Virus record (IMG/VR): IMGVR_UViG_3300046387_001332
Direction: 5' to 3' (one strand)
DNA length: 64,000 bases
DNA from: a virus
Part shown: positions 1-9,709 of the stretch, one piece after another
How the letters are laid out: every line of letters begins with the position of its first letter
Numbering within the stretch: the first letter of the stretch is position 1
The notes under the pieces: model-generated
The model's database searches: none
What the model saw: only the letters and a program-made list of their open reading frames with translations
Told to the model about the DNA's origin: nothing
Program-made: the position numbers and the translations under genes

Positions 1-343
1 CACGACTCATAGATTCTTTGTTATTATTTGAATCATTATTATCAGTTTTAACATCTTTGTTTTCTATGTGTGGTTGCTCAACAACCTTAGATTCTTCACT
101 TCTCTGAATGGCATCTTGTCTACTACTTTCTAACATTGCTCTAAGTTCTTCTGCCTTCTTGACTTCACTTTCATTATTTTCTTTTACTTCGGTTGTATTA
201 AATACTGATTTGTCTTGATCGTTTGAATTATCTTCTATTTGACCTCCTGGTTCAAATCCTTTATTTATATACAAACTGTGAACTTCTTCAAATGTAGATT
301 TGATTACACCCCTCTTTTTATATCTTTGATAATATTTTGCCAT
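1..343 (-). CDS. Hypothetical protein, truncated by window edge (MAKYYQRYKKRGVIKSTFEEVHSLY...)
   Basis: CAT at 341-343 opens a reverse-strand frame running off the left edge; charged, low-complexity product; divergent from the gene at 386. Not in the ORF track. Confidence 0.6.
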   Translation of the reverse strand, partial: MAKYYQRYKKRGVIKSTFEEVHSLYINKGFEPGGQIEDNSNDQDKSVFNTTEVKENNESEVKKAEELRAMLESSRQDAIQRSEESKVVEQPHIENKDVKTDNNDSNNNKESMSR

Positions 344-385
344 AACGTTTTAAAATTAATTGTACACTAAATACTTATATAAGAG

Positions 386-700
386 ATGGAAGAAAAAATA
401 CTAAAAATTCCAAGTGACAACAAATTACTTGAAGATGACCTCAAAAAAGATATAAAAAAGTATATAGACCAAATCTTCATCAGGTTTACTGAGGACATAA
501 CTATTAACCATATACCCGATAGCATTAAGTTGTTTTCTTTTGATAATACTGAATTACAAGTCATTGTTAAAAAAGCAAGTTATATAGCAAATATAGAAAA
601 TGCAATCAAAAAATACACGGAGGAAGAAGAGTATGAAAAATGTGCAAAACTGTTAAACCTAATAGACATAATAAATAAAAATAGAAATATAAATACTTAA
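386..700 (+). CDS. Small protein with C-terminal UVR (UvrB/UvrC) motif
   Basis: C-terminal IENAIKKYTEEEEYEKCAKLLNLID fits the UVR motif (ExYExCA). Confidence 0.6.
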   Translation: MEEKILKIPSDNKLLEDDLKKDIKKYIDQIFIRFTEDITINHIPDSIKLFSFDNTELQVIVKKASYIANIENAIKKYTEEEEYEKCAKLLNLIDIINKNRNINT

Positions 701-740
701 GCCGCTATAGTCGCTTTATAAACTACAAGGAGAAAAACTG

Positions 741-1484
741 ATGTCAAGGAAAAAGCACAAAGATATTACAAAAAGTATTATTACAGATACTCAACTTCAA
801 GAAATAATAAGAACTAACGAAGAGATTAGAAAGTTAAAAATAACCCATAAACCATTCACAGACAATCAGAAAAAATTTTTAGATGTTGGTTTAAATGAAT
901 CAACAAAATTAATGTTTGTTAACGGTCCTGCTGGAAGTGCGAAAACATATATCAGCATATATTGTGGATTGCAATTTTTTAACAATAATGTAATAGAAGA
1001 ACTCGTTTATATAAGAAATGCAGTTGAAAGTTCAGATCACAAATTAGGTTTTTTACCAGGAGCACAAGACGATAAAATGGCTCCGTACTTAGAACCAATG
1101 AAAGATAAACTAGAAGAATTTTTAGATATAGTAGATATAAAATACTTACAGGAAGAAGAACGCATTTATGGACTTCCGGTTGGATACTTACGTGGTGCGT
1201 CTTGGGAAAACAAGTGTGTAATCGTAGATGAAGCACAGAACATGACAGAAAAAGAACTAATCACGATAATGACACGTGTCGGTGAAAATTGTAAATTGTT
1301 TATTTGTGGTGATAATATGCAAAGTGACATTGGCAACAAATCGGGTTTTACAAATATTAAAAGACTTTTTGCTGATGAAGAATCTAAAAACCAAGGCATT
1401 TATAGTTTTGATTTCACAGAAGATGACATAATTAGAAGTGAATTGGTTAAATTTATAGTTAAACGAATAAAAAGTTTAAAATAG
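741..1484 (+). CDS. phoH: PhoH-family ATPase
   Basis: GPAGSAKT Walker A, LGFLPG, YLRG, IVDEAQN, GDxxQSD motifs; SD AAGGAG upstream. Confidence 0.93.
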   Translation: MSRKKHKDITKSIITDTQLQEIIRTNEEIRKLKITHKPFTDNQKKFLDVGLNESTKLMFVNGPAGSAKTYISIYCGLQFFNNNVIEELVYIRNAVESSDHKLGFLPGAQDDKMAPYLEPMKDKLEEFLDIVDIKYLQEEERIYGLPVGYLRGASWENKCVIVDEAQNMTEKELITIMTRVGENCKLFICGDNMQSDIGNKSGFTNIKRLFADEESKNQGIYSFDFTEDDIIRSELVKFIVKRIKSLK

Positions 1485-1548
1485 AAAATATTTATAGAAT
1501 AAAAAAATATATGTATATTTATGTTATATATATTTTCTATAATTAGAT

Positions 1549-3303
1549 ATGGCCAATCAGAAAATTACAGATTTAAACAAGAGTAGCAAATTATCAAATG
1601 ACGATTTGTTCATAGTTGTTGATAAAGACGAATATGCGTCTTCACCATCGGGTGAAACTAAATCAATTACCGCACAAAAACTTGCCGAGCAACTTGCATT
1701 ATTAAAACATGATGATGTGGGGATTAGATTCAGTGAATTGGCAGACGTACCAAACGAGTACACAGAAGCAGCTGGTGGTTTTATTAAAATCAAAGACTCG
1801 GGTGACGGAATTGAGTTTTCAGACTCTCCTGGTCATTCTGAAATATCTGCTGATTATTCTGAATTCTATCAAGATGTCGAGAATTCACAGGAAATTATAT
1901 ATAGAGTGGGTGATGTACTTGCACGTGATTTGGGAACTAATACTTTTAGACACGCATCCTCTGACAATCCTGACACAGCTGAAGTTGTTGGAATAATAAG
2001 AAGAGTTCGTAAAGACCTAGAGGGAAGCATAGAAAGAATAAATGTTGCATTCGGTGGTCATATAAAATTTGAAGAAACAATATTCGTAGAAAAGTTTCAA
2101 ATAGACACATCAGAAATACAGGCGAACGAATCGGTATTGGTTGGAGGAAAAACTTATTTCTTAGGAAGAAATGGAAAAATCGCAGACTTTGATCCTGCTG
2201 AACAATTAAATGATGACGAACCTCATGTCAGCAAACCCTTAATTATCGCAACAGGACCTCAGAGTGGTGTTTTTGTAAATTATCGTGGACTTATATGTGA
2301 AAAAACAGATCAACCAAATAAATTTGTTGTAGAGCATACTGCAAGTTGTAGCAAAATTAAAGTTGGAGACTTTGTAAGAGTTCGCAGAAAAATTCAAAGA
2401 AATATATCGGGTGGATTTGGTGACGCAACCGAAAAAGTATCTGAATTTGAAGGGGTTACAGAAAGTGTGCTTCCGAGTTATCTAGACTTTGAAAGTGGTG
2501 ATAGTCCATATGTGTTGTGTAATTCTGCTTCACAAAACTCACCTGACGAATTGCAAATTGATGATGCATATGGATGTGAAAGTATAGGAATAGTTACAAT
2601 TGCAACTGCGGATTATTTTCAAGTTCAAACAAGTGGAATGGTAAAATTTGAAATGCCAAGTGGTCTGATGATGTCGGAATCGGACACCAACTCAAAACCA
2701 AATGCAATTTTTAAACGAGGGTACACTTATTACCTTGATTCGTTTGATATCACCACCGATGTAAATTCTTATGCAGAACAATCAAAGAAACTAAGACGCA
2801 CCGTATACGATTATACTGCGGATGAAATGGATGACTGGTTTGATAATAGTGTCGGTGACTCTGATATTAAAAATGTAACCAACGGAGTAACTCCATTCAG
2901 AAATACTACAATAAACAATCCTTTTAAAAGAGATCCTGATACAAGAAAAGTAGTATCTTATGCAAAACCATTATTCTACGCAATATCAGAAGATCAGATT
3001 TTACTATTAAGTGATCCGGTTTACCCAACACCATACGATACCTGCAATGCAATTAATCCAAGTGTAAGTGAACCGTGTGTGTCAAAAAAGACCGAGAAAA
3101 ACTTTACTACCACTGTTGATTATGTAGCAGACGAATATTTAAACAAACAATGGCCTGACGCAAGTAAAGGGGATGTTGCAAATGTAAATTCAGTTAATTT
3201 TAATACAGGAACAATACAACTTGAAAAGTACATTAAAACTGAATTTAATGTTACAGTTGGTGGAAACATAAATTATGGTAATTGGGAAAGATCGGAAAAC
3301 TAA
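1549..3303 (+). CDS. Putative virion structural/fibre protein
   Basis: N-terminal KITDL...DDLFIVVD...TKSIT motif typical of phage fibre proteins; two copies of a beta domain (VGD...A...E-x-[VI]-GI...G...YYL...KPL). Confidence 0.6.
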   Translation: MANQKITDLNKSSKLSNDDLFIVVDKDEYASSPSGETKSITAQKLAEQLALLKHDDVGIRFSELADVPNEYTEAAGGFIKIKDSGDGIEFSDSPGHSEISADYSEFYQDVENSQEIIYRVGDVLARDLGTNTFRHASSDNPDTAEVVGIIRRVRKDLEGSIERINVAFGGHIKFEETIFVEKFQIDTSEIQANESVLVGGKTYFLGRNGKIADFDPAEQLNDDEPHVSKPLIIATGPQSGVFVNYRGLICEKTDQPNKFVVEHTASCSKIKVGDFVRVRRKIQRNISGGFGDATEKVSEFEGVTESVLPSYLDFESGDSPYVLCNSASQNSPDELQIDDAYGCESIGIVTIATADYFQVQTSGMVKFEMPSGLMMSESDTNSKPNAIFKRGYTYYLDSFDITTDVNSYAEQSKKLRRTVYDYTADEMDDWFDNSVGDSDIKNVTNGVTPFRNTTINNPFKRDPDTRKVVSYAKPLFYAISEDQILLLSDPVYPTPYDTCNAINPSVSEPCVSKKTEKNFTTTVDYVADEYLNKQWPDASKGDVANVNSVNFNTGTIQLEKYIKTEFNVTVGGNINYGNWERSEN

Positions 3304-3305
3304 TC

Positions 3306-3683
3306 ATGGGATCATTATACGATATAGGAAACTTTAGGTACAAGCATTTTACATTTTATTCAACGTGTGGGATGGATGAAAGTGGATGCCAAGACTTTGA
3401 AGATGTTGATAAAGAGATAAAAGGTTTTCTTAACTCGGTGTGGCCATTACATGGATTGTTAATTGGAGATTCATCCGAGGGAGATTATGCGTTTGTAACA
3501 TATGTGAATCAACAGACCGACGATAAACTCGATGTTGTCAAACATATTTCAAAAATACACATCTACACAAGAATGAGCCTCGGTGGAGGAAAAGAACCAG
3601 AGTGGGTAAAGGCCGTTGATCCTGTACCCACACTCGACTCAACTGCGTCATCACAACAAATATCCAGTTCTGATGATTCGTAA
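3306..3683 (+). CDS. Hypothetical protein
   Basis: ORF packed between neighbours; ATG 2 nt after the upstream stop preferred to the track start at 3282. Confidence 0.6.
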   Translation: MGSLYDIGNFRYKHFTFYSTCGMDESGCQDFEDVDKEIKGFLNSVWPLHGLLIGDSSEGDYAFVTYVNQQTDDKLDVVKHISKIHIYTRMSLGGGKEPEWVKAVDPVPTLDSTASSQQISSSDDS

Positions 3684-3701
3684 AATTTAGAAAGAGGAAA
3701 C

Positions 3702-5810
3702 ATGGCAACACTACAAAACAGATCAGCATTTAATTTAAGAGGGTGTCAACCAATTGGTGGTCAGGCACTACAAACTACATCAAGTTCATGTGATGCTGAT
3801 GTTCTTGAGAATATATATGAACAAGTAAAGCAAGCAGCCAAAGACTACAGATGGGAGTCTGAAAGAACTACATTACGAGCAAAACTTACATACAATTGTC
3901 CTAAAGTTGGTGATGCAGTAAGATGGGACCCTAAAATAAATGGATTTAATTTAGCATACGCAATGTATGATACTAACAATCCATCCGACCAAGAGCACCT
4001 AATAGAAGTTGTTGGTATCGTAGAAAGTGTTAGTGTAACCTGCGATGGTTCGGGTAGTGAAATAAACGCAAACGAAACCGAAACAAATGCAGTAATAGTA
4101 ACTTCCGGGAAAGTATCATTTGATCAACTTAAATCAGAATCATATCTTGAAAGTGGGAAAGTTTACTATTTGTGGGACAGAAACCATCCTGCTCATGTTG
4201 CACTTGGTAATAATGTTTCATCTGATGTACATGAACCGATAATCAGTAAACCACTTTTTGTTTCAACAGGAACAAACACCGGAATGGTTTTAAATTATCG
4301 TCCCATGACAGGTTCACCAACGGGTGGTAGAGCACAAACAGAAAAGTATGAAATTGATATAGTAAAAACGGCTGCCGAAGGTGGTGGTTGGTTCATAACA
4401 ATAAAAAACATAGGTGGAATTGCATCAAGACACCCACTAATTGCCCAGATTGACTATAACAGAAGAACCGGACCAAGAGAGTCACTGAATGGTCAAGAGG
4501 TTCATACTATGTTCAAAAACATAGGAATTCTTCATAGCAAGGCAGTTGCCGATCAACATCCAACGGACACACTTGAATCAGAAACATCTTTTTATGTTAC
4601 AAAAAATTCTGAGTTTGGTATTAGTGGAGGAATTTCGGATAATATAATTGATGGACTAAACGGAGTCGGTGAAATTACCGTAACACTTAAGTCAAATACG
4701 GCAAATACCCAAAGTTCATCGTTACTAAAATCATTAATACCATTTCAAACAAGTCCAACTGCTCGTAGATTTCCAAACATCAAAGTACGTGGTGAGTGTG
4801 CATATGCGAGTCAACGAGACAACACAGAATCAGAAGACGAAAACAATTTATACATTGACAACAACGACACGGATATTCCAGACTTGGTTGTTTCTCCATC
4901 TGGTGCATCAACTGCGTATAGTTTTGAAGGTGTAATCTTTGAAATTACACTTGAAAAAGATGCTCAAAATGAAGAAATTTATGTGCCAATGGCAGATGAA
5001 ATGTATTTTAAAATAGATAGTCCAAGTTTAGACGAACCAATTATTAACAAATTTAAACTAACCGCAGAGCAGACTGCCGTAGAAATTATACCAGTCAACG
5101 AACTAGGTGAGGGTATAACAAAAGAAAATGTAACTCTGTCAGTAATAACACAGGACGGAGAAGAACTAAACATTAAACATTGGGGAAGAACCATACAACA
5201 ATCTTCGTATATATGTGATAGTGAAAGATGTTGTGATGAAGATAAAGTTACTGTTGATGTTAATGATGGTCTCACAAATGCTTCTGCAAAACTTGAGGAT
5301 TTATTAGTGGCAGACGGAGATAGTAAATTTATGACAACCGGTGTTAACGGAAAAACAATAGACACAACACCAAGATTACATACACTTGATCCTGAAAAAA
5401 CAATAGACTTACCATCAGGAACACCATCGAATGGATTAAGGTGTACATTTAAAAACGCACGTGAAAACACTATATTCTGTTATCCAAAGAATGTATTATC
5501 GGGAACACAACCCTCATTTATGGCAATTTACTTTAACGAAGCAAGACAAGGTACACTAGGCATAAGAAACGCAAAGGATTACGATCCACGATATATAGCA
5601 ATAGAAATAGGTGGTCAAGATACACTTAATGGTGCAGTTGTTACCGTTACATTAAATTCCGGACAAGAAAATGAGTGTTGCATAGACTTTAAGTTTGATG
5701 GAAGTGCAAACGGAACACACTATACATTCAGAGAACTATATCAAGCAGGATTAATTGTAAAAAGATCAAGCAACTCTGACATATTATTTGGAATAGAGGA
5801 TGGGGTGTAA
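3702..5810 (+). CDS. Putative virion structural protein
   Basis: Shares the VGDAV...EVVGIV...GKVYYL...SKPL...NYR domain with 1549..3303; SD GAGGA. Confidence 0.55.
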   Translation: MATLQNRSAFNLRGCQPIGGQALQTTSSSCDADVLENIYEQVKQAAKDYRWESERTTLRAKLTYNCPKVGDAVRWDPKINGFNLAYAMYDTNNPSDQEHLIEVVGIVESVSVTCDGSGSEINANETETNAVIVTSGKVSFDQLKSESYLESGKVYYLWDRNHPAHVALGNNVSSDVHEPIISKPLFVSTGTNTGMVLNYRPMTGSPTGGRAQTEKYEIDIVKTAAEGGGWFITIKNIGGIASRHPLIAQIDYNRRTGPRESLNGQEVHTMFKNIGILHSKAVADQHPTDTLESETSFYVTKNSEFGISGGISDNIIDGLNGVGEITVTLKSNTANTQSSSLLKSLIPFQTSPTARRFPNIKVRGECAYASQRDNTESEDENNLYIDNNDTDIPDLVVSPSGASTAYSFEGVIFEITLEKDAQNEEIYVPMADEMYFKIDSPSLDEPIINKFKLTAEQTAVEIIPVNELGEGITKENVTLSVITQDGEELNIKHWGRTIQQSSYICDSERCCDEDKVTVDVNDGLTNASAKLEDLLVADGDSKFMTTGVNGKTIDTTPRLHTLDPEKTIDLPSGTPSNGLRCTFKNARENTIFCYPKNVLSGTQPSFMAIYFNEARQGTLGIRNAKDYDPRYIAIEIGGQDTLNGAVVTVTLNSGQENECCIDFKFDGSANGTHYTFRELYQAGLIVKRSSNSDILFGIEDGV

Positions 5811-7180
5811 TGAATAATGATAACGTCACGATTATTGTCCCAATTTATAGACTAATATCCAACAGATTTAATAACTTTTGTTATTTAATCAAAAAATTGA
5901 ATAAACTAGACTGCGATGTGGTGGTTGTTGAACAAGAAAGTGACAAAACTCTGGTAATAGAGCAATACTTATTAAACTACACAAACATTACTCATTTAAT
6001 TTACAAAAGTAATTCCAACAAATTTAATAAATCAAAAATCATAAACTATGCAACCAAGGATGTTTATACCGAATATATATGGATTGTAGACGGAGATTTT
6101 TATACTGATTTTAATTTTGTCTTACAAAGTATTGATACAACAACAGACTTTATACGTCCATTTTCAGAAGTAATCTTTCTCGACAAAGAAGAAACATATC
6201 GTCTTCATTCGAGTGACATTGCACAATTAAACAACGAAACTGAATATAAATCTAATTCGCAAAATGGAAAATTTTCATTTATTGTTAGAAATTCATCTTT
6301 TGTTGATGCCGGTGGAATGAACGAAGATTTTGAGGGGTGGGGGTTTCAAGATTTAGATTTCGTAGAGAACAGACTTAAACCAGGAGTAAGTTTTGGCACT
6401 GTCTCGCAGACGGCATATCATATGTACCACGCACCTGCTTCACGTGAAAATGTAAATATCAATCGTCAACTTTACACAAACTACAATCGGGCTGCGATAA
6501 AACAACTTATATCAAAAAAAATAAAAGAATATAATGGTAAAACAGAAGTTGTATTAAATAAAAAAAGTTTATACCGTGAAAAACATCAAAAAGATGGTAC
6601 TGAACTTGAGACTTATCATCAAGAAACTGAAAAGAAAACACGAATAATAAAAAAATGGAATGAACCAAAGTTTGGTGTAGTATATTCATCAGATTCAAGG
6701 GTATTCTATCCTGGACTTGATGTAATAACCGTAAGAGACTCAAATTCTCATAAATTAAAAAATGTAAATGGTACATTTTCACGTGTTAAAACTGAAAATC
6801 ATTTTTTATATTACTATTACGAATATATTTGTCACATATACGAAGTATTGCCTAATGACAGAACACTGTTATTTGCAAATGATACTTTTTGTAGTAACTA
6901 TAGTGACATAAACGATTTAAATAGTAAGATAAAAAAAGTAAAGAATGGTGAAATACTAGATGTAGAGGAACAAGGTTATACATCTCTATATAAAGAGTTT
7001 AAGCACTCATTGCTCGATAGACCTTTTTCTAAAACAGGATGCTTTTTGGTAAATTCTAATAAAATCTTAAATAAAAAGTTTGATTATTATTATTCACTTT
7101 TAATGCAAATGAAAAACTGGAAACGAGAAGATTTCCAAGCACAGATAAGTGAGTTTAAAAAAGTTTTGTTTGACAAGTAG
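5810..7180 (+). CDS. GT-A fold glycosyltransferase (GT2/GT7C-like) with DUF3431-like C-terminal domain
   Basis: TIIVPIY, VVVVEQ, FNKSKIIN, DGD (DxD), GGMNEDFEGWGFQDLDF, YHMYH; C-terminal YICHIYEVLP...FLVNSNKILNKKFDYY. Confidence 0.8.
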   Translation: MNNDNVTIIVPIYRLISNRFNNFCYLIKKLNKLDCDVVVVEQESDKTLVIEQYLLNYTNITHLIYKSNSNKFNKSKIINYATKDVYTEYIWIVDGDFYTDFNFVLQSIDTTTDFIRPFSEVIFLDKEETYRLHSSDIAQLNNETEYKSNSQNGKFSFIVRNSSFVDAGGMNEDFEGWGFQDLDFVENRLKPGVSFGTVSQTAYHMYHAPASRENVNINRQLYTNYNRAAIKQLISKKIKEYNGKTEVVLNKKSLYREKHQKDGTELETYHQETEKKTRIIKKWNEPKFGVVYSSDSRVFYPGLDVITVRDSNSHKLKNVNGTFSRVKTENHFLYYYYEYICHIYEVLPNDRTLLFANDTFCSNYSDINDLNSKIKKVKNGEILDVEEQGYTSLYKEFKHSLLDRPFSKTGCFLVNSNKILNKKFDYYYSLLMQMKNWKREDFQAQISEFKKVLFDK

Positions 7181-7198
7181 CAAACTATAATATAATCT
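7170..7198 (+). promoter_or_regulatory. Sigma70-type promoter, probably near-leaderless
   Basis: TTGACA 7170-7175, 17 nt, TAATCT 7193-7198 (overlapping TATAAT 7191-7196); ATG at 7206. Confidence 0.6.
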
Positions 7199-7205
7199 TT
7201 TCTGT

Positions 7206-7874
7206 ATGAATTATACCGAAAAGCAACTTGAAGAAAATTATACTAAATTTCTGCAATTTATTGAAAACACATTTGAAGGAGACAGGCAAAAAAAGTTACT
7301 TCATATGTTTGGAACTGATGATGGGTGTCTTGGTTTACGTGCGTTGATTTCTCCTGCGAGTAGTATTGATAGATTTCACAACGCATATGATGGTGGATAT
7401 ATTGACCATGTTATGGGTGTATGTAAAACGGTTCGTGGGGTTAAAGTTCTACTACAAAGCATAGGTGCAAATATAGACTTTACGGATGACGAAATGATGT
7501 TCGCAGCCTTCAATCACGACCTTGGCAAACTTGGATCACTTGACGGAGAACAATATCAACACAACGATAGTGAATGGCATCGCAAGAATCAAGGAAAGTT
7601 GTATAACATAAATCCTGATATTCACTGGATGTCAGTCACAGATAGATCAATCTGGTTACTTCAGCACTTTGAAATTAAAATAACTGAGAAAGAATTTCTC
7701 GGAATAAAACTTTCAGACGGAATGTATGATGAAGCAAACCCACAATACCTAAAAGCATTTTCAAAAGAAGTGGGGTTGAAAACAGAACTTCCAAGAGTTA
7801 TTCATTGGGCAGATCATATGACTTGTTTGGCAGAAAAGTCCAATATGGATAACATAATGAAGTTTGAACCGTAA
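7206..7874 (+). CDS. HD-domain phosphohydrolase
   Basis: HNAYDGGYIDH, NHDLGKLG and IHWAD motifs. Confidence 0.85.
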   Translation: MNYTEKQLEENYTKFLQFIENTFEGDRQKKLLHMFGTDDGCLGLRALISPASSIDRFHNAYDGGYIDHVMGVCKTVRGVKVLLQSIGANIDFTDDEMMFAAFNHDLGKLGSLDGEQYQHNDSEWHRKNQGKLYNINPDIHWMSVTDRSIWLLQHFEIKITEKEFLGIKLSDGMYDEANPQYLKAFSKEVGLKTELPRVIHWADHMTCLAEKSNMDNIMKFEP

Positions 7875-7912
7875 ACTTGACTTTTTTATATATTATAGTA
7901 TATTTATCATTA

Positions 7913-7962
7913 GAGTAATGCTCAAATGAGGTTACTCGGCGGATGCCCAAAACGGGATTCGT
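7913..7962 (+). promoter_or_regulatory. Tandem bulged-G hairpins in hsp20 leader (candidate cis-regulatory RNA)
   Basis: GAGTAAT-G-CTC-aaat-GAG-GTTACTC and GCGGAT-G-CCC-aaaac-GGG-ATTCGT have the same architecture. Confidence 0.5.
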
Positions 7963-7983
7963 AACCAAATAGGAATAAATAAA

Positions 7984-8481
7984 ATGAAAAACTACGGATA
8001 TAATAAGTCCACAGGAACAGGACTTGGTAAACACGTTCCAAATTTAAGAGACGAATTTTTAACTCCATTCGACTCTATTTTTGACAAAATGGTCAATCAA
8101 GCATTTCCAAACTTCGGACAGGAATTCGGAGTAAACTTTTTTGGAAATAGTTCATATCCAAGAGTAAATGTTGCAGACACGACCAAAGAGGTAAGAATTG
8201 AAGCAGAAATTGCAGGACTTGGAAAAGAAGATGTCTCTGTTGAATATGAAGATGGGTTGCTCACAATTTCAGGTGACAAAAAGACCGAAATTGAAGATCC
8301 AGATGTAAAATATGTTTACAAGGAACTGAAAAGGTCCTCTTTTAAAAGGTCTTTTAAGGTCGATAAAACAACATTAAATGTTAATAAGATTTCCGCAAAG
8401 TTTGACAACGGAATTCTAAATATTACTATTCCAAAAAAAGAAGTAATTGAAACAAAATCAAAGAAGGTTAAAATCCTTTAA
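7984..8481 (+). CDS. Small heat-shock protein (Hsp20/alpha-crystallin)
   Basis: YPRVNV, AEIAGLGKEDVSV, LTISG, SFKRSF, AKFDNGILNITIPK. Confidence 0.93.
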   Translation: MKNYGYNKSTGTGLGKHVPNLRDEFLTPFDSIFDKMVNQAFPNFGQEFGVNFFGNSSYPRVNVADTTKEVRIEAEIAGLGKEDVSVEYEDGLLTISGDKKTEIEDPDVKYVYKELKRSSFKRSFKVDKTTLNVNKISAKFDNGILNITIPKKEVIETKSKKVKIL

Positions 8482-8507
8482 TTATCTAACTTAAACAACT
8501 TAAAAAT

Positions 8508-8536
8508 AAAAGGGGGTAAATTTACCCTCTTTTTTT
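8508..8536 (+). terminator. Rho-independent terminator after hsp20
   Basis: AAAAGGGGGTAAA/TTTACCCTCTTTT inverted repeat followed by a T run. Confidence 0.75.
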
Positions 8537-8614
8537 ATAACTATATTATATTTATACATATAATAATGTGTGTTGGTAGAATTACGAAAATAGAAAAGGG
8601 AGATATGTATTAAT

Positions 8615-9709
8615 ATGAAGTTATTTACTGCTATTATAGGCGGACTCGCACTTGCAGTAGCAGGAACGGCTGCTTTCTTTTCGGTGCGTGGTATTGGGTT
8701 ATTATTTGCAGGTGCGGCCATTGCAGCCATGGTTATGGCAGGAGTATTAGAGGCAGGAAAACTTGCAATGACTTCATTTTTGTATCGTTATTGGGAAAGA
8801 ATTCCAAGAATGTTAAAATGGTATTGCACAATTGCAGTTGTAGTTTTGATTGGAATTACTTCTTTGGGTATTTACGGATTTTTAAGTGATGCATATGATG
8901 ACACACGATCAAGAGTTGAAATGCACGAAAGTAACATAGAGACACTAAACAAAGAAATAGTAGTTATTGAAACTGAAATTGAAACACTTAAAAACACAGA
9001 TGTAACAGTTGAAGATAAAAAGACCGAAACGATTGCAGGTTTCCAAAAGATATATGATGATTTTGTAGCAGACGGAAGAAAACGACAAGATGCACTTGCT
9101 AATAGAAATAAAACCGACACAGAAGCAAGAGGACTACGCAGACAACAATTAATGGATCGTCTTGCAGTATTAGATAAATCTAAAAGTGAATTAGAATCAA
9201 AGGGTGGTGGGTTATTTAGTAACAATAAAAAGAAAATAGAAGAACTAAGGATAGCACAACAACCTGAAAGAGATTCTATCGCAAAGTCACTATCAGCAAT
9301 AACAGACGAAGAAACTTCCGCAACAAAATCATATAACGATGCTCTTGCAAAAATAGACGATCAGATTTCAAGTGAATACGATAAATTTGTGGAAAAAGTA
9401 AATGGTCTTCGTGATACAACAAACGATTTAGATAATGTAACTATCATAGAAGACAAGTATGATAAAATAAAAGAAAACCAAGCAGATATATTAAAAGAAA
9501 AAGAAGGAATCCGTGCAACCGATATTGGTAGTTTTCGTTTTATAGCAGAATCATTTAATATGCCAGTAGACCAAGTTGTAAAATGGTTTATTATTGTAAT
9601 TGTTTTGGTATTTGATCCCGTTGCAGTTGCACTTGTGTTAGCATACAACATTATGGTAGGCGGAAGAATGACCCTTGGAGAAGAGTTACCGAAAAAAAAA
9701 ATTGGATAG
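8615..9709 (+). CDS. Membrane protein (N-terminal TM helices, long coiled coil, C-terminal TM); zero-frame product of a putative frameshift gene
   Basis: Hydrophobic N-terminal helices, heptad-rich middle, [21 protein letters not shown]; ends PKKKIG* across an A10 run. Confidence 0.8.
   Translation: MKLFTAIIGGLALAVAGTAAFFSVRGIGLLFAGAAIAAMVMAGVLEAGKLAMTSFLYRYWERIPRMLKWYCTIAVVVLIGITSLGIYGFLSDAYDDTRSRVEMHESNIETLNKEIVVIETEIETLKNTDVTVEDKKTETIAGFQKIYDDFVADGRKRQDALANRNKTDTEARGLRRQQLMDRLAVLDKSKSELESKGGGLFSNNKKKIEELRIAQQPERDSIAKSLSAITDEETSATKSYNDALAKIDDQISSEYDKFVEKVNGLRDTTNDLDNVTIIEDKYDKIKENQADILKEKEGIRATDIGSFRFIAESFNMPVDQVVKWFIIVIVLVFDPVAVALVLAYNIMVGGRMTLGEELPKKKIG

Noticed and set aside
7913-7962. 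tRNA or CIRCE/ROSE element upstream of hsp20
   Set aside because: No cloverleaf or TTC loop, no TTAGCACTC-N9-GAGTGCTAA, and the SD is not sequestered; kept only as an unnamed hairpin pair.
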